Positions 40,826 through 52,382 of a DNA stretch of 64,000 bases are shown piece after piece. The notes beneath the pieces are model-generated. The model made no database searches and was not told the origin of the DNA. It worked only from the letters and a program-made list of their open reading frames with translations. Each line of letters begins with the position of its first letter. Within the stretch, counting starts at the first letter, position 1. Location: the NCBI GenBank assembly GCA_973851085.1, contig OZ316775.1, forward strand, positions 5,394,001-5,458,000, written 5' to 3'. The translations under genes were made by a program, and so were the position numbers. The stretch is from Ptychomitrium polyphyllum (Eukaryota).

Positions 40826-42779
40826 TTGGGTAGCTTGGTAATAGTTAAGTTTTTCTTTTATGTAAATGTAGACATTGTTTCTTTTGAAAATTAATTATAA
40901 TATATAATTTATAATAAAATCTTTTAAAAAATTTCTTATAATTTTATTTTTAATAAGTGTCAAATAATGTTGATATAATGTTTTAAAATATTACATATTA
41001 AATGGAATTAGAAAACAATCTAAATAATTTAATAGAGTAGTAAAAATATTATTATATAATAATGAGTTGTATGATAATATTTGAACAACAATTTAATCTT
41101 ATATTAAAAATCTATTTAGTAAATATGATTTTTAGTGTATTTAAGGCTATGATATTCCAACCATATAAATATAATAAAATGCTCAATATTTTAGAATTTT
41201 GAAATATGTGATGAGAAAATTCTTCTTTTCGTCACTATGGCAAGCTGGGTTTTACAATTATCCTCCAAAAACCGAAGATTTTGAAATTGTAATTACCTTC
41301 AGCTAGCACAGACTGCTCCCACAGCCACAAGACACAACGAGCCTCATGGTAGGGTCATACAATCCTGACCTTCGATGGAGCCACCAATCCACGGCCCAGT
41401 CTTTAACCAGCAGAGGAGAGGTCCACCGCTTTCACCCCGTCAGGTGGTCGTCGTGGCTTACCTCAACTCGGACACTCTCAATCTTCTGCGACCGTCCGAT
41501 TCCAGCACCTGTGGCCGTCGATATGCGTGGATTGATATAATCCGTCGGTGTACCTTCCAGGAGTGTGTTGACGAACCTTCTACACTAATCTTTTAGAAGC
41601 TTCGGATAAGTTAGATGCTTGCTTGGGAAAGGGTTTTCTTACACCAGCTGGTCAACTTCGCAGTGATTCCTGATACGCTCTGCGTTTAGTCGGGAAGTTC
41701 CGTTCAATTATGCTCAAAGTCTATTAAACCAAGGAAGGAACTAGTATCAAGACGAGGAAGATCTCCGGCCCTTTTTTTTTGAGGTTACCATGATGTAGAT
41801 ATAGAGTCTGTTCCGAAAATTTCGTCTGATAGACAAACAGTAAAATTGATCCAACAATCCTAACAAGCTTGGGCAGAGCACTTGAAGCTGAAGCCAGATC
41901 CTGTGGTAATGATGGTAGATATGAGCATACGCTGATACAGCATGAGATGCGCATAATATTGTTCTTTAATTTTAAGAACCGATCTGCAGGGTGTGACTTC
42001 GGAAGATTTTCTCCAAATTGGTTAGGATGTTAGAAAAGAGCATGTCGGCCTCGTGAACACTTTTCCCCAACTTCAGAACTTGGCCGCAGTAATTTGTTCA
42101 GGTTTTAGTCCGAAATTCAATCCACAAAGACCTAGTGATGATCCACTCTGATTGACCCCAAATGGGAACCTGCCAACACCTTACAACACATGATGATTGA
42201 ACGCCACGATTCTTGCTTGCAGGAAAAGATTCTTCAAACAGATTGAACCGCGTTCTCCTCACCTCCAAATTTATCCATGAGGCTCCCCTATCACCACCCG
42301 TCTCCACGTGCCCCCAACACAGGTTCTACCCGTCTCGTTCCCTAAGTTCCCTTCGTTTGAATCAACTTCCCGAACTGAAAACCACGAACGTTCGGAGAAG
42401 TGCCCCACGAAAAGACGCTGGAAATGTATTCTGCCGCATAATGCACAGAACGAATCTCGGCGATGTCGAATGAAATCTGTCTGAAATTCCTAATGTTACG
42501 AATATGACGTCATCATGATACTAGGCCATACCACTGTGATACTGCTGCGATACCGTTTCAATGCTGGTGGAATACCCAGTTGATTCTGAAGCCGCCGCGT
42601 TATTGCACATTGTCCACGATGGTAGCACCGCAGGTGGCCTTGAAGTGGCGGACGGCACGCCATCGCCGAAGGCTTATATTTTCGGAGGCTCCGCAGTTGT
42701 ATCATTCACTGCGCTTATCTCACACAAGGAGGACCTCGAAGTGGCCCTCTGAAATCATTTATCAACATAAGATTGTGAG

Positions 42780-43885
42780 GTACGTGGGGTCTAGTGTTCA
42801 TTCATTTTGCTCTGAGCTGATTTCATTTCGAGCCTTCATTTTCGACTACTATGCGTTTACAGGATTTACGCGGTAGTTCTGCCTCTGGCGGACTGGGCAT
42901 TGGCGGAACTGCTGCTGTTGTTGCTAGCGAGTGGTTATAGACTTTTCCTGTGTTCTAGTGGAAATTTCAGTGAGGTGCGTTGCTTGGACTGGTGGTTTTG
43001 ATGGACTCTGTTGAGTCTGAGTGAGTGAGTTTAGACGGAGGTTTGTTTGTTGTTGTACTGTACTGTGAGCTAATTTGAGTCGAGCTTGACTGTTCAACTA
43101 CGTGGTTCTCACGGGGTTTTCGTGGTAGCTGTTGTGTCGCTGTCGTAATCTGTGCTGTCCTTTTGCAAGACGTTCTGGACAGTTATTTTGTGGTGTACCC
43201 TTGGTTTTAGTGATGTGTTTGCGAGGAGTGGTGGTTTGATGAGCTTTGAACTCGAGTGTCTGTGATTAGTCAAGCTGATTTGGTTTGGAGCCTGAATATC
43301 TTAAGGGTAATTTGTAATAGACGTGGCGCCACTACCCCGGCTTAGTGCCGGGATTGTTATTGATGTTGTCGACGTGGCAGTAAATTTAGACGATTTTAGT
43401 GTTGTGGGAAGCGTATGTTGTCTCGGTTTTTTTGAAAAGGATCGTTCCGGAGGTTCCTGATCTCCATACTGGTAGTAGTGTTTGAATATTATTCAACGTA
43501 TTTTAATATTTATGTGTACTGCTAGGTTAAGAACAAAATCTGAAAACTTGGAAATGACACAGATTAAGCCACTGAAACTGTTCCTCTAAATTTATAGGAA
43601 ACGAAATTCTATCGTTTTTTGATGACTTAGTATTTTGCAAGGTTTATTTTGAGCATGTCGAACATTTTGTGCAGTAGTCTGTGGTTGGTATATGAAGATA
43701 GTTTCTGAATGTATGAATTTGTGTTTGGGAATCAATTTGCTAGGTTGACGTGTATTGTCAAGATCGCGAGCGGGTCTAGATTTTAGGAGGGAGGTTTATG
43801 TTGACGTTTATCGCAAGTTTTAAGTTATACAGTTGTACGAGTGATGCGAGAATGAAAGTTTAGAGTTTTTTGAAATTCTGATCAG
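42780..43885 (+). promoter_or_regulatory. Probable 5'UTR introns of the SURNod19 gene (42780-42862 and 42975-43885), containing ABRE-like GACGTGGC at 43320 and 43371
   Basis: GAG|gtacgt...tttacag and GAG|gtgcgt...tgatcag junctions with T/G-rich intron composition; last acceptor 27 nt before the ATG. No transcript evidence. Confidence 0.45.
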
Positions 43886-43911
43886 TGTTTAATGAATGAC
43901 ATTGAGCAGCT

Positions 43912-45573
43912 ATGGCGGCAAGAAAGCAGATATGGTGTCTCCTCTTCATGTGTTTGGCTGCTGTTGCAGCTGGACGTATGATAGCTCAGGAAGGAGGTAG
44001 TGCGTGCAAGGCACTGAACGTGAAGAAAGTGGCATACTTGTCGCCTCCTCTGACGGCTATGCCTGGAGAAGTGAACAACAAGTTTTTCCCGGCCATGTTC
44101 CCTAAGGGTCACATTGGAATTAAGAGCCTTAATGCAGATCTTGTTTATCAGGACGGGGCTCCTGTTCCTCTTTCTGATGTCTACCTTCATCATTGGGTCT
44201 TGATAGAGTTCGCTGTACCAAAGGAGAAGGTTAAGCAGCATTTGCGTCACCTTCTGAGGAAGATGCAAAGGCACCACAAGCACGGCATGCACTACGATGC
44301 TACTACCTTCGCTTCCTTCGAAACTCCTCACCACCACGCACTTCACACTGGCAAAAAGGCGAAGTTTGTTAATTTTATGGGAAAGGGTGGAGAGACAAGG
44401 CACACTGAGACCAGACTTCCAGGATCGTATGTTCTTGAAAGTGGAAAGGAGATTGAAGGTTACGAGACTGTGTGGACCCTGAATGTTCATGGCCTTGACA
44501 CCCGTGGTGCTGTCAATCGCATGGGTTGTGCCGAATGCAGGTTTGTCAATTTCTTTAGACTTAATCAAAAAACTTTTTCTTCCTGAAATGGTAGGAGGTG
44601 TATGTTATTGACGTTATGTTTCGTAGTACTATATTAGGTTCAGAAGTAGCGTGACCAGAAACTTAAAAATGATTTGTGCTTCAAGGACTGTAAAAATATT
44701 CGAGTGTTGTTTGTTAGGTCATTCTTGAAATTTATTGGACAGTGCTTGTGTGCCTTATGATTAGATGCAACTTGTTTAATGCTACCACCGACGAGGATGG
44801 CAAGCCGTTGCCTGAGGGTTACATCGGAGGCTTGAGATGCTGTGGAGATGGACAGCAATGCGCCATTGAGGAAGGCTACAATGGAGAGGAGAGGACATTC
44901 TACTTGCGGGTATTTACACATCATCCTTTGCCATTCGCTCACAGAACTTGTCAATTTTGTAGTGAAGATAGTCTTTGGAAGATTGGATATTGATAGCTAT
45001 CTGTTTGTGCTTCCGGATGAAGTATTAGAATCTTACTAATTTGAGTTGTTTATCACGATGGTTGTGCAGTACGAATGGGAGTACATTGACTGGAACGAGT
45101 GTCTGATCTCGACAGACAACATCGGAATCGATATCACCAACCATAATGGCTACGACGAAAACCTGGTGGAGTTCACAGTGGAGGGATGTGGTGACGCTGA
45201 TCCTAAATCTGAAGAATGCATTGACATCCGAGAAGCCACTCTTGTCGCTCCCATTGGAGGGGAGGTCGTGTACACTGTTTCTCACCTACACGCTTCCACC
45301 TTGGACGCGGCTGTGTATAAAGAAGATGGAAGCTTGATCTGTAGAACTACTCCCATGTATGGACAAGGAGAAGAAGCCGGGAACGAGAAACACTATGTGG
45401 TCGGCATCAAGTCATGCTACGGCAACCCTGGAACTCCAGATTCTACGAGGGTCAAGCAAGGGGAAAAGCTGAGATATGTTGTCAAGTCCACTAAGGTTAA
45501 TGGTCCTCACACTGGTTTGATGGGGCTGGCTGGAATTAGGCTGATTGCTGATGGTGAGAAGGCTGACATATGA
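43912..45573 (+). CDS. Stress up-regulated Nod19 (SURNod19) family protein, 425 aa, predicted secreted. Exons 43912-44540, 44765-44909, 45070-45573
   Basis: Family motifs FPKGHIGIKS, PVPLSDVYLHHW, GETR, LNVHGLDTRG, GCAECRC, YIGGLRCC, GEEAGNE, HTGLMG. GT-AG introns join in frame (629+145+504=1278 nt). Hydrophobic N-terminal signal peptide. Confidence 0.9.
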
Positions 45574-47509
45574 GCATATGGATTGTAACAGTTTTGCAAA
45601 ATAAGCTACATTCATGTTTCTTTGATCAGCATTTTCGTCGAGGTCAAATGTGAATAGGGGGAGCGGTATTTTAGATTTCTTATTGTGCAGCTTGACTAGT
45701 TTTGCTTAAGAGTGTAGATGGTAGACAGGTTTCTGTGAGATTAGATGCGAATAGGGTAGAGGAAGCAGCCATGTGTTGAGTTATGGTATACGAAAGTTTA
45801 AATGCTACAGTCCGCTGCAATTGTTCTCAAGATGTTCTGTTCAGGCATTCATATGTTATATTTGTTTACGATATAAACCACGATCCTGCAGTGGTTCAAA
45901 CTTGGATTCATTTGGTGATGGGATTGCCAAACTGTTCCACTGAAAAAGAGGAAGAAGAAATGTGTTGTCCTCTTCATCAGGGAGGAAAGAATTTAGACTT
46001 CACTATCGAGTAACTTTTATTATTGTAGTGTTCCTTACTGTAGAATGGAATATGGAAACATCGTTTGTTGTCTTATGAAGTGTTGTACTTTGCATTCTTC
46101 AGCTTGTTTTGTGAATATTTGTGTTAGTTTTCGCTAGTTTGCTTTATTCCATAGTCTTGGACATTTAAACATAATTTCACATGCTAGTTGCTGTAATCAG
46201 CCCATTAGCACATAGGATCCATGATTACAGCTACTGAAAGAATAGAAATTGTCACATGGTATACCATTAACCACTAAGAGCCCTTTGCAGTAGCAATTTA
46301 TGCTTAAGAGGTTGTAAATAAAAATATTGACGAGATGAAGGAAGATCTGTATATAGGCTTTGTATACTGGAATTATTGAATGAAATTTATATGTATTGTG
46401 CATCTATTAAGTGGTGATGAGTTTTATTGAATTTTGGATTTTATTTTTTATCCATTAAATTATTTTGGAAAATTACATAATGTTCATAAATGTAGATTTT
46501 TTTATAATGATGATAGTAGATTGTTCCACTTTATATAAAAGAATAGTTTTCATGTTAAAGATTGAAGTATTAAAACTTAATAAACAAATAACTTACAAAA
46601 TAATTGATTTGTGCATGCGTACTTAGGCATGTGTATAAGAATAATGATGTATAATACATAATTTTAAAGAAAAAATATACTTGTATATATTCCTAGGAAT
46701 TATCATTTGTAAGAATTATTACCAATTTTTTTAATTTAATGATAAATTAATCGCTAATGTAGATCTAAAAATAATCTATAAATACAAATAAATGACAGGA
46801 ATGGCCCTTTTAATTTTTCTTTAATTATCATAATGTCCAAATTAAGAAGTGCAATCTAAAATAAAGACGTGGACAATTAATAGACAACTACAATTATAAA
46901 TTTGCAATCTACGAATAATATTTTTTAGATTCTTTTATGAGAAAAAAAATGCAACAACCAACATATAATATTTATATGCAATAAGAAATGTGTCCACTTT
47001 ATAAATAATAAGAAATGTTTCTACTTTATAGATAATAAGAGAGGTCTCTATAATCATAATGTAAGTTGGTGTCTACAATTGTATAGTCACAAGAGTTAAC
47101 AAAATAATGGTTGAACATGAATTAACTATTTTTTTGAATTAAAGTGTTGTTGTAGCTATAAGCACAAATGAAGGACCTATAAGGTGACTCAATAGATGTT
47201 GCAGATTTAAGTCTTAATCATGAGACTTATATATTATTTAATGAAAAAGTATATTTTTACTTTGATAAAGGAATTTTTGAAATAATGAGGAAGATGAGCT
47301 TTTCATCCAAATACATAACAATATAGTCTTAGAATCAACTCAAATGTTGTAATAGAACAATCATTTCAGGCCAATATGCAATGCATGGGAGGAATTCTTT
47401 ATGAAAACAAACTTTTGCAAATATTGCATGGACATGAATTTTGAAGAAGAAGAAGGAGGAAGGTGTAAAAATAGTGATGTATTTGCAACATTTGTGATGA
47501 CATTGTGGC

Positions 47510-48245
47510 TGTCACGGATATAAATCATGCAACATAGTCTTTAGAACCTTCTAGTATATAGCTTTTTAAAATACTTTCAAAAGTTTCCATAACTGTTTTT
47601 ATTTTAGTAGGAAATTTCCTAGAAAAATTCCACTATGTTAGGAAACTTCATAGAAAGCTTCCATCACCTTAAGATACTTCTTAGGAAGATTCTAGCTCTT
47701 TAAAAAACTTCCTAAGAAGGTTCCACTACCTTAGGAAATTTCCAAAGAAGGTTCCAATTCCTTAGAAGTTTCTTAGGAAGGTTCCAATATCTTGGGGAAC
47801 ATCTTGGGAAGGTTCTATAGACTTCTAGAACATTCTTAAGCCTTCTAGGAAGCTTCTTTAGAAGTGTCCTAGAATATTCAAGCGTCATAGTTTAAATAGG
47901 TGGCAAGACAAGGTATTCCTTAGTTTTGCCAACACAAGTTGTGGATCATCTTGAATCTTGCCTTGTTCTAGTCTTTGTATCAAGTACTTGTTAATCATTA
48001 GCCCTTTGGAAGATAATTCTTGGGAAACAATTCATATTTGATTCTTGTTTCTTGTATCCCTAAGAAGTTTGGCAAAATTACTTTTCAACTTTGTCAGAGC
48101 TAAGGTTCTTTGAAGAAGACAGTGGATTATCCATCTTTTTTAGGATTCTATAGGATCTTAGAGGTTGGAAATTACCCTCCTCTAAGAAAACAACATAAGC
48201 TGGTTTCTCTTTTAAAAAACAAGTATTATTTTTTTTGAAGAAGAA
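47510..48245 (+). mobile_element. Family B 5' LTR (47510-about 48066) plus PBS and leader, truncated
   Basis: TGTCACGG start, 33-bp repeat array, leader homologous to 22690-22860 and to 55905-56070 (reverse). Confidence 0.88.
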
Positions 48246-49608
48246 TCAATCTTTCAACTAATTTATCATCATAAACTATGTTGCAAGATTTTGACCATTT
48301 CTTCAACTAAGTTGTCATTCATCTTAGCTATATCAAAGTATATGCCTTAAAACACTCACAATGGAAGCACTAAATGTCGTAGTAAGAGTGGTTGCTACAG
48401 GAAACGCTGGATCTTTTTACATCTAATTAATCAAATACAAGTTTTAATTTTATAATAGAAACCACAATTTCCAGTTACTTATTAACTTTTGTTTCATCTT
48501 TAATTTCTACTTCCTAACTTTCTTTTTCTTTTATCTTAAAAAATAACTTAAGTTTTTATCAATAATTCTCCTTTTTCTTTCTTTTAAATTTAAATTATAT
48601 ATTGTCTTATATCTTTTAGCTAAAAGGTCCTATGCTATCAAGATTTTAATAACATAAACAAGAATCTCTAAAAACAACCCTCAAAATCTCTTATTTATAG
48701 TTCAAGTAGTTGTTAAGAACCACATCTTCAAAAATTTCACCCTTTCTGTCATTGCTCCTGGATCCCCCCCTTACTTCATAGTTCTATAACTACTTTTTCT
48801 ACATTAAATATAAACTTCAAACTTTATTCACATACTATCTATCTTAATATAAACATTTAACAAAAAATTTCAACCTTAAAAAAATTAGAGACACAAGAAA
48901 TAAGAAGCAGAAACAAAGTGTTTCCCAAGAATTAGCTTCCAAAGAGCTAATGATTAACAAGAACTTGATACAAAGACTAGAAGAAGGCAGGATTCAAGAT
49001 GATCCACAACTTGTGTTGGCAAGACTAAGGAATACCTTGTCTTGCCTCCTATTTAAACTATGACGTTGTATCTCCTAGTATACTTCTAAAGAAGCTTCCT
49101 ACAAGGCTTAACAATGTTTTGGAAGTTTAAGGAACCTTCCCAAGAAGTTTCCTAAAATGTTGAAACCTTCCTAAGAGACTTCCAAGGAGTTGGAATTTTC
49201 CTCAAAAGTTTCCTAAGGTAGCGGAACCTTCTTAGGAAGTTTCCTAAAGAGGTAGGACCTTCCCAGGAAGCTTCCTAAAATGATGGAACCTTCCTAAGAA
49301 GTTTCCTAAGGTGATGGAATCTTTGTAGAAAACTTCTTAAGAAGTTACCTAAGATGATAGAACCTTTCTAGGAAGTTTTCTAAGATGATGGAACATTCCT
49401 AGGAAGTTTCCTAAGAACATGGAAAGACTATGGAGACATCTAAAAGTATTCTAAGAAGCTATTATAGTATACTAGAAGGTTTTAGAATGTTCTAAGGACT
49501 ATGTTGCATGATCTGTGTCCGTGACATCTCCTCCCTCTTTAGCGACAAGTCCCATGAGGAGCTCTTTTCTTGGCTTGCTCATTACATTTCCACAAATTCC
49601 AAAATTTG

Positions 49609-50181
49609 TCAAAGGAGTGAAGCAATAAATTCTGCTCGTTGTTCTTCGTTCACTAGTTCAACTAGTCCTTGCAAGAAGCGCCAATGGCCACCAGCCAAGA
49701 CTTCTATTGTTGAAATGTCCCATCCCAAGATCTGATCTTAATTAAACCCTTCAAAACATCCTCCAAACAAGATTTTGGATCCTCCAAAAGTGACTCTTCC
49801 AATTTCTAACAAGATGACCAGAGCGCGAGCATCTGAATCAAGACTGGAATATGAAGGGCGACTAGTCAATACTTCTGCACTAGGTTGTACTCGACGTTGG
49901 AATGTCCCTCTCATATCTTGACTTAGATCCTCCGTTACCGAGGGCTAAGAAAATTGAGTTGGCTCAACAGATGCTATTGTTGATGAAGGCATGGCCGACT
50001 ATTCTTCATGCATATCCATGATAACACAAAGATTTGACATACTAGCTAGGATCTGGAAATGATCTATCTTGGAAATTATGCTGCATACAATTAAAGATTT
50101 GGATATCTCTCCTCCCTTCTTATACTTGTCAATGAAGAAAAAACTTCTTTGTGATGCTAATGGCTCTTGATGACACATCAT
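49609..50181 (-). pseudogene. Extra ORF (about 190 aa, unknown function) downstream of pol in family B; homologues at 30160-30731 (+), about 59080-59644 (+) and partially below 8420 (-)
   Basis: One frame without indels from an ATG overlapping the pol TGA to a stop found at the same codon in three copies. Each of the three internal stops is a sense codon in at least one other copy. Confidence 0.7.
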
Positions 50182-51236
50182 CACTGACCTCGTTTCTGAG
50201 GATATCTTTGATGAAATTTGCGTACCTTCCTGGATGCATTTGTTACATTCGTTGAAGGTTCCCATGTTTGGTCATTGATGCCATATCCTTGCCAATGTAT
50301 AAGGTACTCCACACATCCGTTCTTGATGCGTGAATCTAAGATCTCTTCCACTTCATATTCAGTTTCATTATTGATTTCCAACGGAAAAGGCAGAGGGACA
50401 ATTCTCTCTAGTATACACAATTTGTTATAGGTTTCCAACAACAATACGTGGAATACTGGATGAATTTGCATGCTTGGCGGTAGCTTTAGGCGATAACTAA
50501 CCGGATTTGTCTGTTTGCTGATTTCAAACAATCCCAGCCTTTGATAGTCCAACTCCTTTGATGGTCTTTTTGTTTATATATTTTGTCGTAAGAGCCATAC
50601 GCTATCTCCAACCTTGAACTTTGGATGGTTCTTCCGATGGCGTTTTGCATAAGTTTTGTAACGATCTTGAGCTAGTTGTAACTGAAAAGCAATTTCTTGA
50701 TGGATTTTAGCAAGTTGAGTTGCAAAATCCTTTGCTGTAGGACTTCCAACATACTTCACTTGAAATGGATCTACTAGAGGATGATGGCCATAGTTTGCAA
50801 AGAATGGACTTTGAGTTGTTGAAGAATGCATCGTATTGTTGTAAGCAAACTCTGCCAAAGGCAAGAGGTCCATCCAATTGTATTGCTGGTAGTTTATGCT
50901 ATAACAAAGGTACTGCTTCAAAATTTGATTTATACGTTTGGTTTGACCATCAGTTTGTGGATGGTGTATTGAAGAAAGGTTGATTTTTACACACAACAGC
51001 TGGAATAGAGCCTTTCAAAAGTTGGAAATGAACTGTGGCCCTCGATCGGATACAATATCATTTGGTAGTCCATGTATGCGGTAGACATGATTTAGGAACA
51101 ACTTGGCAGTTTCTTCTCCCATTACCGTCATGTTGCATGGAATGAAATGTGCCATTTTGACAAATTGATCCACCACTACCAAAATAGAATCCTTAGAATC
51201 GGAGTAGCGAAGGTCCAAGATAAAATCCATTGACAT

Positions 51237-52382
51237 TGTCGCGCACCTCTCCCTAAGGAGTGCGCGCAACACTAAGGGCACAAGGGGGACCCCGAAGTGA
51301 CGTCCGGGACTTGTGGCACCGATACTGAGGAGAACCGAGTGGGCCTAACATGGGAAGGACCCCTAAGGGCGAGAAACATCCTTGCCCATGTAGATCGAGG
51401 GCCACGCGGGATAAATCATGGGCATTGAAGGAATCACGAAGAGCTGATTCTAGAATGCTATGGATTGCCCAAATTGGACAAGGGAGCTAAAAGTTATGGC
51501 ATCCCAAGGTTGGGGTTGCCAAGAAGCTGTTCTGGAGTGTGGCAGCCCTACATAGTGACTGTGGTGGAGTGGGATAGTCCAGGGAGGGACTCCCCGGGAG
51601 TCCCGATCCTTGGGAGAGGCGTATCTCCCACAATACTAACTCAAATCGGACGTTTGAGGAGTCTATTGGCATCTACGCAAATAGTAAATGACGATAGAGT
51701 GGTTGTTTGATACACCTGAGCACCGGATCAGGAAGATATGACTCCTTAAAGGTCCGCTGGGAGTCCTGAAGACTTCTAACAGCTAAGTCTCAAGGGAGAT
51801 CGAGTGGTCTACCAAAACTTTAGGTGTGTCGGGGTTCAGCCAGCTCCAGAGGGCCAGGGAGCCTGCCAAATCCCACAAAGAATATTATAAGGGAGGGCTG
51901 GTCCCCCTCCTCACTCCCCTAGAGTCCCGATAGAGACCAAGGGTGAGTTCCGGTTGGAAGAGCTAGTGTTGGAGCTTCACCACGGGGACTTCCACACTAT
52001 TGTCAGCCGGTGGACGGCCGATTTCACGAAGGGAACTAGCAGGTTCAAAAGATTATGCTTGTTACCACTAACTTGTGGTGGTGTCTTCACGCCGGCACCA
52101 TGATGGCCCGGGATGATCTTAGGATCACTTGGGCATCATGAGTGGTGGTGAGGAGACACCACTAAGTGCGGTTAGGCCGTGTGGAATGGGAGTAACACCA
52201 AGTGAGGCCTTGGACATGAATGGAAGTCCGCACCTAACCATTCCCTACTAATAAATTGGGTGTCCTAAGAGAAATGGTAGAAAACCTTGAAAAGTGAGAA
52301 TGGGGGTTAATCATGTGCATGTGGGGGTGTATAGGGTTGACGCACGTGACGCTTGCTAAGGTGCATTGCAAGGGTTGCGACA
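51237..52382 (+). mobile_element. Family A solo LTR inserted in the B3 integrase
   Basis: TG..CA termini; TSD GACAT/GACAA; the empty site in B1 reads ccattGACAAagacaacc. Confidence 0.95.

Noticed and set aside
41346..42876. Short ORFs in the GC-richer block upstream of SURNod19
   Set aside because: No recognisable homology or consistent exon chain; probably promoter or intergenic.
43882..44568. 228-aa minus-strand ORF
   Set aside because: Antisense shadow of SURNod19 exon 1.
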